This document shows positions 37,720 through 49,077 of a DNA stretch of 49,077 nt, piece after piece. Each line of letters starts with the position of its first letter. Position 1 is the stretch's first letter. Both the position numbers and the translations under genes were made by a program. The notes beneath the pieces were generated by a model. It ran no database searches. It was not told where the DNA came from and worked only from the letters and a program-made list of their open reading frames with translations. The stretch comes from Basidiobolus meristosporus CBS 931.73 (taxonomy: Eukaryota > Fungi > Basidiobolomycota): positions 1-49,077 of the forward strand of contig MCFE01000660.1 in the NCBI GenBank assembly GCA_002104905.1. Direction: 5' to 3'.

Positions 37720-38453
37720 AGACTTGTTCCGTTGGATAGTGCCACATTGAGCCAAGAGTGCCAAATAGTGCCATAGTGTGCCTGAGAGTCATAGCAGACC
37801 TAAACTTGGCCACAAAGTGTGGCATATAGTTCTTCATATTCATGCAAAGCAGCCCCTGTGTTTCACCTACCTTGCTGGAGAAATTCAATTTTTTAACCTT
37901 TTGTTTGGGATCAAAATTGTGCATGACGTAAATGAGCACAGACAGACTGAAGATATGCATCTGGTACATAATACCCATGGCACTCTAAATCTAGCCCCAC
38001 AGGCTTGTAGCATGCCACAAAAATGCATGGCACTATCTTGCTCCACTGGTAGTATCTGGCACTATAAGTGCTTTGTATAGGTTCTACTTTAGGGCTAATA
38101 TTTAAATATAGTGCCAGATACTACCAGTGGAGCAAGATAGTGCCATGCATTTTTGTGGCATGCTACAAGCCTGTGGGGCTAGATTTAGAGTGCCATGGGT
38201 ATTATGTACCAGATGCATATCTTCAGTCTGTCTGTGCTCATTTACGTCATGCACAATTTTGATCCCAAAAAAAAGGTTAAAAAATTGATTTTCTCCCGCA
38301 CAGTAGGTGAAACACAGGGGCTGCTTTGCATGAATATGCAGAACTATATGTCACACTCTGTGGGCAAGTTTAGGTCTGCTATGACTCTCAGGCACACTAT
38401 GGCACTATTTGGCGCTCATGGCTCAATGTGGCACTATCCAACGGAACAAGTCT
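37720..38453. mobile_element. Foldback MITE copy 5, complete (734 bp), TSD AAT
   Basis: aat|agacttgttcc...ggaacaagtct|aat. Removing it restores the host, compared with the inverse of 37381-37440. Confidence 0.95.
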
Positions 38454-40616
38454 AATGCATACAGTAGTGGCAGAGATCTACAAGCTCAGCTCTATGTTTG
38501 TAGTATAGCTGCTCAAATCCCATCACAAGCTCCTGGCACAAAAGTTGTAGATGAGTCAAGTTGGCATTTGTGAACCACTTCTGGATAAATATTCTTAAAA
38601 TGTCCACATATGACTCCTAATGCTTCCAATGTACTCTTGGTAGGAATGGCTTCAGAATGCCACTTGAATAAATACATATTTGGTTGACCCAGTCTTTGCA
38701 TTTGTATTGTTGCATATGTGTATGAGTATTAATTGAAGCCTGGGAGAAGTACTTAGGGTAGCAGATACTCTGTAATATCTTGCCAATTCTTTCAAATTTC
38801 TCTGGTATCTCAAAGGGCTCATTCAGCTTGAAATGCCCCATGTACATCTTGGTCATCATTTTAGGGATATTGTTGAAAAGCAAATGCAATGCTCCTGGTG
38901 TAAAGCTTTTGCTCCAACAGATACCCGTTATCTTAAGTATCCCCAGATTCCAATTGATTACATATTCTGGCCAATGGCTTATAGCTTGCCAACCTTGCTG
39001 CAATTGCATGCTGACTTCTGTACATTTTCTCTGTGGGAAGATGATGCTCTCAGTGCTAGTACTTGGGTAACAATACTGTGTGTGAGTTATGAAGTAAACC
39101 CCATGGATCTCACACATTCAACAGCAATTCCATCCATTGTGCCCAGAAAAACCTGCTATATTGCTGATGGCTGGGGTATCTCAATACAGATAATAATATG
39201 TGCTTTTACATGATGGCCGTTTACTCTAATCTTTATGGAAAGCTTACAGAATTCATCCAGCAATAGATACAGGTAGCTATCAAGGTTGGTCAGTGATTTA
39301 TACCCAGATACCAGTGAGACTACCATCAGATTATTGCTCTGATACTGTAAGATGGGTGGCAGATTCAGATTGATGAAAATAAGTGACCAGCAGGATATGC
39401 TGGCAGAGTACTTGTTTAATGAAATTCCATCAAGTGCTAAGGCAAAGGCAAGGTCATACATACCTTCAAGGTAGCCCTAGCTTCTTAGCTTTTTGTAATG
39501 TTTGCCATCAAATATATTAGATATGTTTGCGCTTGATTGATACCAAGTGTGGTACTGTATAGCTTTGCAATATTTATTGGACTGCATAAGCTTCTTGAAA
39601 TGGGGTATTATCAGAATATATCTGGAGTGTGAACAATGTTTTTGCTCCGTGACAATAGGTTCCTGACAATTTAGACATGTTGCAATGGTAGCATTTTTGG
39701 GTGTGAATTCCATGCAACTGCTAATACATGCTGGAATCAGGACAGTCTCTGGATCATATGCTGCCAGCTGCATGGCAGTTGTCCACTTGTACCTTGCACA
39801 TAGTATGTTGCATCCCAGAATGATTTTGGCAAGAAGCAGTAGTAAATCCTCAAAGCCCCCATTACTGGTATTAGTGGAAAAGCGCCACTTGTCTGGCCCC
39901 AACATTACATTGTTCACTAGCAGATGGATTACTGGGCTCCCTTGGCTCCATAATCTATCCTTGGCATTTGTTTCAACTGGTGTTGTCTCACTGCATTTTG
40001 GGATCTGACTGGGTTCATATGTGGTGCTGTTGTTAGGGGCAATAGGCTCACAATCCATCAGTGAGCCTTCATTGTCAGAGCTATAACTCTGCATGCCATA
40101 TTCAGAAGGCTGAGGTGGGCCTAAACTCATCATAAACTCACCTGACTCAGTTTACAAATGGTGACAAAAATTGCTAGGTGCCAATACAGAGGTATCAACT
40201 GGCTGGCAAGATAATGTGGGTAAGGTAGTGACCAAAGAATGGTTGAATATGACTTGTGTGGCAAAACACTGGTTGTGATCCTTGTACTACTTCCTTTGTT
40301 GTCTGCATGCTTCATGGCTGAGAGGCTTGCTACTATAGCCACATGTCCTTTTCTCTCTTCTCTTACGGCATTGAATCAAAGTGGTCTTGACCATGGGGCA
40401 AACAGTTTAACCTTCAACAATATAATGCTATTATATCACTTTTTGGTCAAAACTCATGTGAATTTAAGACAGTCTAGTATTTAAGAAATTGCACCTACAT
40501 GAATGTAAGATTCAATGATGACCTACCATAGTAAGCTTTATAAATAAAGTTGTGGCACCACATATACATTTATATGTAACACTACTTCCCCTTTGGCTTG
40601 ACTCACTTCCACAAAT

Positions 40617-42330
40617 ATGCTGCCAACAAACAAAACAAAGTTGTCTGATTCCAAACCAAACCCTACCGCTGATGGCAGCAGAAGACTGGTTAGACAACAG
40701 CTTGCTTTGACATTCAGTGCAACAAGTGGGGCTACATCCAAAAAAGGCATGTTGACAGTGTGCCCACTGAAGGTAGTAATGCGGACTCCTCAGGCTCTCA
40801 GTCAGGTAGGCTTTCAAGATTTTCGGCAAAGCCACAAGCTGACTGTTATGCTCAGGCAGATGAGAATGTAGCAAACATAGTAACTGTAGTTGAAGACCAG
40901 CAAGTAGCTGTCACAACATGACCACCACCCATATTGGCAAGTATGTTGTCAGCTCATACCAAAGCATTAATGAAGCAATTAGGTGTAGTGGCTGATAGGA
41001 TAGATGCAATGGCCAAGAAAAATCAGGAAATAGTTGAGAAACTGGATGAGCAGATAATACATGTAGAGCAATCAATATCCCAGGTAGAGAAAGCAGTATC
41101 TTTGCTGCAAAGAAGGAACTCAAGTTGCTGAATGTCACAGCCAAGAATTGAGCCATTTCTCAATTTTACAGCATAGGAACACTGCACAGTCTTTGAAGCA
41201 CCACAACAGTGCCCAAAGATAAAGTCCACAGAAAAACCTATCACAGAGTGGGAGGGATACACTGTGGTGTTTATATCAAAGCCTAAAAATCAGAGGACAT
41301 TGAACATCTTTGTAGCAATTGAGTGCAATAATGTAGAGTGGGCTAATACTCAAGAGGCCTTCAGAAGCCTATAGCACCATCACCTAATGGTCAACATACC
41401 ATAGGACCATCAGGAACTCAAGGCCAAGCAGAATGCACTTGACTTGTTCCACAAGCATTATCCTGGATTCAAATGGGCAAACAGATTTTGGGTCAGCATT
41501 GGTATGCTAAGAAAGTATCTTAAGAATGGCAGAAACTATCAAAGTCAGAAGAACAAGGGTGCCATGGCTAAAAACCAGCAGCTTCCTCAAGATCCCATTA
41601 CAAGCAGGGTCAAAAGCTCCCAACAAGCATCAAAGAAACATCAGGTTGCTGGTAGAGTGCCTATTAGGGACAAGCAGGCAGACATGAATGCTCCAGCACA
41701 GCACTTATCAAGGAAAAAGCATAGTACCACTCAAGAAGCACTCAGTTAAAGTAGCAGCAAAGGCCTGGCAGTGATAATAACCAGCAGCATTTACAGGAGC
41801 CTGTCACATTAATGGTTAAGAGGTGGAAACAAGCGGAAAAGAAATGTCAGCTTGCCAGGAGAGTATCAGCAAGGGATAAGTAGGCCAAAACACATGCATC
41901 AAAGCAGAATTTATCAAGCAGAAAACATAGTTTATTACAAGGAGCATTTAGATGAAGTAGCTGTGAAAGCCCTGGCAGTGATAAAGGAAAAGGTCAAGGG
42001 AGAAATGTCTACCCAAGCCTGAGACAGGGAGGCATGCAAAAAAAAACTGCAGTTCTTACCAATTAACACTGCAGCCTGGAACAGAACTCAAAAGACTATC
42101 ATGATGCCTTCAGTGGAACTTTAGAACATAAGAGGTTGCAGCACTTCTTTGAGAGCGGTGTTCAAGAAAACACACTTGAATACTGCAAGAATTTATTGCA
42201 AAGACTGGCAGATGAGGTGCTAGACCTTCCAGTGCTTGCTGAAGACAAGGATGTATGGGAACTAGTGAATGAATAGTGGCATAAAGCCATTGGGTACCTG
42301 CCAAAGTAGCGGAACCAGAGTGTTACAGCA
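40617..42330 (+). pseudogene. CACTA-associated accessory gene (coiled-coil segment plus low-complexity basic region)
   Basis: ALMKQLGVVADRIDAMAKKNQEIVEKLDEQIIHVEQSISQVEKAVSLLQRR is heptad-like. Homologs at 15600-18040, 34140-34260 and 34620-35425. Confidence 0.55.
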
Positions 42331-42969
42331 GAAATACTTATGGAGTGGTGAATTTCAATGGAGTTACTTGTTGAGTGTGGGGTAGGGCATAATGTTAGTG
42401 TAGGGTATAAGTACTTATATAGGTCAATACAATTGGCAATTGAGGTACAACTGAAGTTTCAATAGAAATAAATCAATTTGTATGCAGGAAAAGTAAGAGA
42501 AATGGTCAAGTCAAGTAGTAATGAGTGTGGAAATGAGGCAATAGCCAATTAATACACACAGACATAGGAGGTGTTAGAGTGTCCAGGATCAGAAAGTGAA
42601 CAAATTAGCAGGGAACCAATCAAAAGCCACTTATATATTGTTGTGCTGAAAAATATTAACCAAGTTTTTTGTGAAATCTAGGGTGCAGTTATTTTACAAT
42701 GGTCTCTGGATAGTGTCCTGATGGGAACAGTACCTCTTAGTCATGGGACTTTAAATTTGTGATGGCCATTTGATGGGACCATTACAATAACTTTTCATAC
42801 GGTTTATTTGACCATAAAATCCAAAAAATACCTTTAACATCCCTTGGTAAGATTACAAGAAGGGTCAAGAACTCCAAGCAGCAGCATTTTCACACACCTA
42901 TTGTGAGATCCTAATGGCTGATCTGGATTGGATCTATCTCCAGATCAAATTGCTTTTAATAGGGAGCTC

Positions 42970-43680
42970 TAATCACTATTTGTACAGATATCCAATAATA
43001 CAAATGAACGGACTGAATGTACTGGATATGAATTCACTCAAGTGGCCTTCTGAGCCATTCTTTTAAGCGTACCTTAGAAGCATTTGAATTCATATGTAGA
43101 CATCATAGGACCTTATATTCAGAATTGGATCACCAATGAAAATCTGGCACAACCACAGCTTCCATGCTAGCAGCATGTGAAAGGACTTGAGCAGGAGATA
43201 GGATGACAAGTCAGGTCTCAGTTACTACCATATTCCAGTCCTATTAGGAATATTATCTTCAAGTCTGTCATTGATGTGGTGAGTTTATACATGGTGGATA
43301 GCCTGGCAGAGCTGGAAATTACTGAGAGCAGATAATAAGCCACCAAGCTTTATTGGGACATCATTTCCAAAGTATACAGGGCTTCTTCTAGTAACATGCC
43401 AATTACTACACCATTCAATACAAGACTCACACAAACCAGATGCAGAGCACACCCATAATGGGGACTAGAGTCCAGCAGGGAGAAGAAATATATTGGCCAA
43501 GTACTAAAAGGCTCTTTGCAAATATTCAGGAGATATTCATGGCCAAAGTGGTGGCAACTGAGCACATGTTTGAAAGATGTATATTCTGCTTGCAATATAA
43601 GGTATATGGGAACTTTGAGGATATCACACTGAAAAGCTGTATAGTTGAGGTGATACAAGTGTGTCACTTGCAGTAGGTGT
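42970..43680 (+). pseudogene. CACTA transposase 3' fragment
   Basis: caataatacaaatgaacggactg...aatattatcttcaagtctg matches 37150-37330 and 10170-10210, followed by the shared 3' segment. Confidence 0.55.
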
Positions 43681-43749
43681 CAAAAGAATTTAGTACAATT
43701 GAGGTGGTGGAGTATTTAAGGATCTTGAGGTCACAAAAGATCTTTATCT

Positions 43750-44976
43750 TTTGGGCTGCACCATCAAGGTAGTGTCTCTATTGTTCAAAGGCAACAATGA
43801 TTGCATGTAGTTCCTTGTCATAGATACCATAGCTTACTTCAGCTGGAGCAAATATTTGAAAGTAGAATGCAATATGGTGTGGCACATTCTTGCCATTATA
43901 CTGGGAAAGGATTACACTCTGGGCAAAGCCAGAGGTATTTGTCTCTGTGATGAAAGGTTTCTCAAGGTAAGGCTGAGCAATCAGGGGGCACATAAGAAGG
44001 ATATTGTGATAGAATCAAAGGAGTCAGACTGTTTCTCATTCCAAGCAAAAGGCATATCTTGTGGTTGAGCTTAATCAAGAAAGTGACTATCTTGCAGTGG
44101 TTGGCAATGAATCTATGGTGGATGTAGGCCAATCCATTCATGTTCAATTTGAGCTTAAAAGATAATATAGAAACTCAACTTCTGTCTGATCTAACTCATA
44201 TTTTTTCAGTTTGGTATCATCAAGGTGAATGGCCACAAACTGGTCAAGGTACTCATGGAATATGCCATTCATCAGGTGTTGAAAGACAGCTGGGGCATTG
44301 GTGAGACCAAATGGCATAGCTTTATAATCAAAGGGACCATATATTGCTCTGAAGGTAGTTTCCATTCATTGCCAGGCTTGATCCTGGCAAGGTTATAAGC
44401 TTCTCAGAGATCAATTTTGGTAAATACTTTGGGAGCAGAGTTGATCTAACAGGATGTTGACTGAGGGCAATGGGTAGCAGTTCTTGATAGTTATTGTATT
44501 CAGTGCATGGTAGTCTACACACATTGTATTGGTCCATCCTTTTTTTGACAAAGTGGATTGGAGCACTAGCTGGGGACTTGGAGTGCTGACTAAAATCTTT
44601 CTGAAGGTTTTTCTTGATATAGCTATGGAGTTCTTTCAGCTCAGGCTGCAAGAGGTTGCATATAGGGTGAAAAGGCAGGGTTTTTCCATCATCAAGGTCA
44701 ATTGGACAACCATAGGGTTTATGTGCTGGGAGTAGTTCTTCTTTCTTCTTATCAAAGACATGGGCACACTCTTGGTACTTGGCAGGTATTCCATTACAGG
44801 GGGATCCTTCAATGATGCTTGACACATGGGTCTGTGGTAGCTTGGGAAAAGATACTTTTTTACCTGAAAAGTCAGGTACTTTCACACAGTTGACATGATG
44901 GATTCTGAGGGATGTCAGGGTTTTATTCTTTCAGTCAATAGCTGGGTTATCGGGACTAAGCCCTGAGCTTCCAAAG
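43750..44976 (-). pseudogene. Decayed Tf1/sushi-type pol (PR linker-RT-RH, internally deleted); host of the 44977 element
   Basis: [54 protein letters not shown]. Same family as 46824-48570. Confidence 0.82.
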
Positions 44977-45505
44977 TGTCATGATCACATGACAACCATG
45001 AACACCCATGCCAAGTTTCAGCTTCCTAGCTCAATTTCTAAGAGATTCCTTCTGGAACCTTCTACCACCTTCCAGAAAGTTCCTGACCATTCCAAACCAT
45101 TGTTACACAATGGAACATTCCATGGAAGCTTTCCATCGTATTTTTCATAGTCCAGTACCATATATGGATATACCAGGTCACATGACTTAGTCACATGATC
45201 AGGTGATCCAATCCATTTCCCCATCCTGTCTCAGTGCCGTGTCATCTATGTCATTATCCCCAGCACCATTGCTGTGCCTCACCCCACAACCCCATTAGTA
45301 TTAGCTACTATCTCTTGGCATCAGTATAGCCAAAAAGTATATATAGTCCTTTCCCCCCTTAAGTATTCCTCAGTCTGATAAACACAGGTCTTGAATAAAC
45401 AGCCTTGCCTTGGAAATCTGCCTTGCCTTGTTGATCCACACCTAAGTCCTTTCCTGGTCCTTTCTTGCCTAGCTCTACTCTCCTGCCTTGTGTCTATTCA
45501 TAACA
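44977..45505 (+). repeat. 5' LTR (529 bp)
   Basis: TGTCATGA...TCATAACA termini, TATATATA at 45338, AATAAA near 45394. The host reading frame is broken at 44976. Confidence 0.75.
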
Positions 45506-45507
45506 GT

Positions 45508-45518
45508 TTTATCAGACT
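45508..45518 (+). promoter_or_regulatory. Candidate self-priming PBS
   Basis: tttatcagact is the exact reverse complement of agtctgataaa at 45372-45382, which lies ~27 nt after the end of the TATA. Confidence 0.65.
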
Positions 45519-45911
45519 CTCCTGACTTACCTGTGGATCCCTACCTTCTGCCCAAAGTTTGAAGAAAACTTGTAAAAGGAATACTCACCATAAGTATCAC
45601 CCATCATCTTTCCCTAGTCTTGTCCTATAAAGGCAAAGATACTTTATCTTTGTAAAACTATTGGTCAAAGCTGCATTCACTTTATTACCCTGCTGGTGGA
45701 GTTTACAGTTGTTACAGTATTGGAAGCTTTAGTACAATACTCTATCAAAGGACGTTGAAACCAGTACCTTCTGAAGTGACGCTAACTTATTTAAGTTGGG
45801 GATTGTGGCTCAATAGTTGTATTCTTGACATACTAGTGGCTTTACAGACCCACAACCTAGTTTAGTATATTCCAGTATGCCTTGCAAGTTCATCCGCCTT
45901 CCTCTGCTACC

Positions 45912-46840
45912 ATGTCCAACCTAGAGCTGAACTTTGCCCAGCTCATGGCTGCCTTTACCCAACTGCAGCAAGACCATGCAGACCTCAGAAACACTCTTGC
46001 TCAGTTCCAGAACCAAAGTGTCCAGCAAACTAGCCATGTCCCAGTCTACCAAGAACCCAAGTATACTCCTGCTACCAAGTTCAATGGCTCTCAGAATGAA
46101 TTCCGTGGCTTCATCAACATGGTGAAGAACAATTGTACACTCCAGCCCAACCAGTACCCAACTGACCAGGCCAAAGTTGGTTTCATCTCCAACCTGCTTA
46201 CTGGTACAGCTCTCAAGTGGTTCTCCCCATTAGTGGAGACCAACTCTCCCCTCCTCAGAGACTACCAAGCTTTTCTCACTGAAATGGAGCTAACATTTGG
46301 TAACCTTGACCAAGCCAGAACTGCTGCCAACAAGATCAAGACCCTCAAGCAAGGGAACAAACCAGCATCAGTCTACACCTCAGAATTCCAACAACTCTCC
46401 AGTGACCTCAGCTCCTGGGGTCAAGCAGCCTTGATTAGCCAATTCCAAGATGGCCTCAATGATGAAGTTTGTGATTTGCTACTAACACTCCCAGATCCAG
46501 ATACATTGGTTGAAGCTATGCACCAAGCAATCTGGTGTGAAAACAGACTATTCCAGAAGAAGCAAAAGAACTGTCAAAGACACATTCCTGTTGCAGTCCC
46601 AGCCCCTCCTGCTCCCCAAGTCACTCCAGAAGATCCCATGCAGATTGATAGTACCAAATACAACTATCAAAGAGTGAAAAGTCCAGACGTCAACAAGCCA
46701 ACCTCTGTCTATACTGTAGCCAACCAGGTCACTTTGCCAAGTCCTGCCCCAACAAGAAGTCCAGCTTCAAGCTGATGCAGTCCTCCAGTAACCAACCTGA
46801 TTCAGATCTGTCGGGAAACTCCAATGTCCAGTTGCACTGA
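45912..46840 (+). pseudogene. gag (capsid plus CX2CX4HX4C knuckle), one frameshift near 46660
   Basis: [64 protein letters not shown] at 46706-46747 is in a shifted frame. Confidence 0.85.
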
Positions 46841-46856
46841 CAGGCTTGCAACTGGA
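46813..46856 (+). promoter_or_regulatory. -1 ribosomal frameshift signal (G GGA AAC plus 10-bp stem)
   Basis: Heptamer 46813-46819 is phased to the knuckle frame. 7-nt spacer; tccagttgca (46827-46836) pairs with tgcaactgga (46847-46856). Confidence 0.7.
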
Positions 46857-48570
46857 CCCACCCATGAAAATCCAGCATATCCAGAATCTTCCTTTGCCAC
46901 AAAATCTATCCAGTCCTTGAGAATGCCTGTCAAAATCCAGATCCCTGACTCCAGTCCTGTCCCAGCCCTAGCCCTGATTGATTCCAGTGCTTCATCCTGT
47001 TTCATTGACCAAGCCTTTGTCCAGAAGCACTCTATTCCTGTTACCTTGAAATCCTGTCCTGTCCAAGTAGAAGTTATTGATGGAAAATCACTCTCCTCTG
47101 GTGCCATTACCCATGAAACATGCTTACTCCAGCTGTCCAGTATTGCCCACCAAGAAAGAATTGCCTTCAACATCATCAACTCACCACACTATCCTATTGT
47201 GCTTGGAAGCTCATGGTTGAGCTACCACAATCCAAGTATTGATTGGAAATCCAAGATCCTATCATTCACCAGATCCCACCAAGTCAACTCCATGAAATCT
47301 CCAGACCCTGATAACTGTGAAAAGACGGTTGCCAACAGTTCAACAGCCCAAGATACCTTGCCAGCTGAAGGAGCCCCCTCAGCAACTATACCAGCCAAGT
47401 ACCAAAAGTTTGCCCATGTCTTTGACAAGAAGAAAGCAGAACTCCTCCCTGACCATTGGCCTTATGACTGCCCTATTGACCTTGAAGATGAAAAAGTCCC
47501 TCCATTTGGCCCAATATATAACCTCTCCCAGCCGGAGTAGAAAAAACTCCATGGTTATATTCAAGAAAACCTCCAGAAGGGTTTTATTCAGCACTCCAAA
47601 TCACCTGCTGGAGCCCCAATCCTCTTTGTCAAGAAGAAGGATGGCACACTCAGAATGTGTGTGGACTACCATGCTTTGAATAAGATCACAGTCAAGAACT
47701 GCTACCCCCTGCCCCTGATCAGCACACTGTTGGATCAGCTATCTGCTGCCCAAGTCTTCACCAAGATTGACTTGAGAGGAGCTTACAATCTTGTCAGAAT
47801 CAAGCCCGGTGATGAATGGAAAACTGCCTTTTGCACATGATATGGTCACTTTGAGTACAAAGTAATGCCATTTGGCCTCACCAATGCCCCTGCTGTGTTT
47901 CAACACCTCATGAATGACATATTCCGTGAATACCTTGACCAGTTTGTGGTAATCTACCTTGATGATATTCTCATATACTCCAAGAGCCAAGATGAACATG
48001 ATGAACATGTCAAGAAAGCATTGAGAAAACTAGACTCTGCTGGTCTCTATGCCAAGCTAGAGAAGTGTAAATTTGACCAGAGAGAAGTGGAATTTCTTGG
48101 TTACCTCATCAGCCCTGAGGGAACAAGAATGGACCCAAAGAAAGTTGACTCAGTCCAATCCTGGAAAACTCCAAGCTCAGTCAAGGAAGTACAATCCTTC
48201 CTGGGATTTGCCAACTTCTATTGCAGGTTCATAGCCAACTACTCCAAGATAGCTACCCCTCTGACAAAGCTTACCCAGAAGAACACACCTTTTGCCTGGA
48301 ATGAGGAGCAATCCAGCTCATTCAACCAACTCAAGAAATCTTTCCTGAAGGCCCCTCTACTTGCCCACCCTGACCTTGAGAAGCAATTCATAGTGGAGAC
48401 TGATGCTTCTGATTTTGCCCTTGGTGCCATACTCTCCCAGTATGATGAGGACAATGTGTTGCACCCCATTGCATTCTACTCTTGCAAGTTTTCCCCTGCA
48501 GAGATCAACTATGATATCTATGATAAGGAGTTGCTTGCCATCATTGTAGCCTTTGAGCAATGGAGACACT
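46824..48570 (+). pseudogene. pol: protease, RT, RNase H (stops at 47538 and 47838)
   Basis: [67 protein letters not shown]. Confidence 0.9.
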
Positions 48571-49077
48571 AGACTTGTTCCGTTGGATAGTGCCACATTG
48601 AGCCATGAGTGCCAAATGATGCCATAGTGTGCCAGAGAGGTCAAGCGAGCTTATACTTGGCCACAGAGTGTGAAACATAGCTCTGCATCTTCATGTAAAG
48701 CAGCCCCTGTGTTTCACCCATTGTGCAGGAGAAAATCCATTTTTTGACCTTTTTTTGTGGATCAATGTAGCTCAGGATGTGTAAGAGCACAGGAGAACTG
48801 AAGATATGAATCTGTTACTCAATACCCATGGCACTCTGAATCTAGCTCCTGTAGCTTGTGTCATGTCACTAAGAAGAATGGCACTATCTTGGTCCACTGG
48901 TACTATCTGGCACTATATTATTTAAATATTAGCCCTAAAGTAAGATCTATACAAAGCGCTTATAGTGCCAGATAGTACCAGTGGACCAAGATAGTGCCAT
49001 TCTTCTTAGTGACATGATACAAGCTACAGGAGCTAGATTCAGAGTGCCATGGGTATTGAGTACCAGATGCATATCTT
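48571..49077. mobile_element. Foldback MITE copy 6, runs off window; spacer in opposite orientation
   Basis: act|agacttgttccgttgg interrupts EQWRH(Y). Spacer reads aaatattagccctaaagtaagatctatacaaagc, the inverse of the spacer in copy 4. Confidence 0.92.

Larger units (their letters stand above)
37541..42640 (-). mobile_element. CACTA-like element inverted against the previous copy; best-preserved Transposase_21 frames; accessory gene on plus (40617-42330)
   Basis: ORF 39477-40133 (YDPETVLIPACISSC..CLNCQEP..NIFDGKHYKKL), 39156-39461 (ALALDGISL..CWSLIFINLNLPP..LDSYLYLLLDEF), 38617-39117, and HLAQCVENIGP..WEFPMEQMCG..PYPNL. Confidence 0.78.
44977..48570 (+). mobile_element. Young Ty3/Gypsy Tf1/sushi-type retrotransposon (5' LTR-gag-PR-RT-RH), cut by MITE copy 6
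   Basis: LTR, PBS, gag with CCHC knuckle, ALIDSSAS protease, YLDD RT and VETDASD RNase H in the expected order. Confidence 0.9.

Noticed and set aside
43400-43680. Apparently novel coding repeat (also 10420-10602 and 30540-31050)
   Set aside because: In all three places it follows the CACTA transposase in the same orientation, so it is most simply that element's 3' region.
47655-48490. Classical CpA-to-TpA RIP as the main mutational process
   Set aside because: Diagnostic changes are at CpG, while CA and TG dinucleotides and CAA/CAG codons remain abundant. A minor contribution cannot be excluded without counting.
5600-49077. CRISPR-like or regularly spaced repeat array
   Set aside because: Repeats are dispersed ~730-bp palindromes with TSDs. 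There are no repeat-spacer units and no cas-like ORFs.

Overview
Eukaryotic, strongly CpG-depleted, transposon-only window. I found no host gene, RNA gene or CRISPR array; the host may be an early-diverging fungus (inference from the Ty3 and CACTA-type proteins). Contents: (1) two copies of a two-gene PIF/Harbinger-type (PHIS, DDE_Tnp_4) DNA transposon with a divergent accessory gene; (2) six copies or part-copies of a ~733-bp foldback MITE that shares the transposon terminus AGACTTGTTCC and has 3-bp target duplications; (3) several decayed CACTA/EnSpm (Transposase_21-like) elements with a divergent coiled-coil accessory gene; (4) at least three Ty3/Gypsy families, including a young Tf1/sushi-type element with a self-priming PBS and a -1 frameshift signal; (5) two 1071-bp solo LTRs inserted at CpG-centred 4-bp targets. 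The most unusual signals are copy-private mutations mirrored in both arms of the MITE palindromes, an abrupt ~98% versus ~80% identity step between the two transposon copies, and repeated inverted junctions between copies of the same family. All alignments and identities were judged by eye, and boundaries of decayed elements are approximate.
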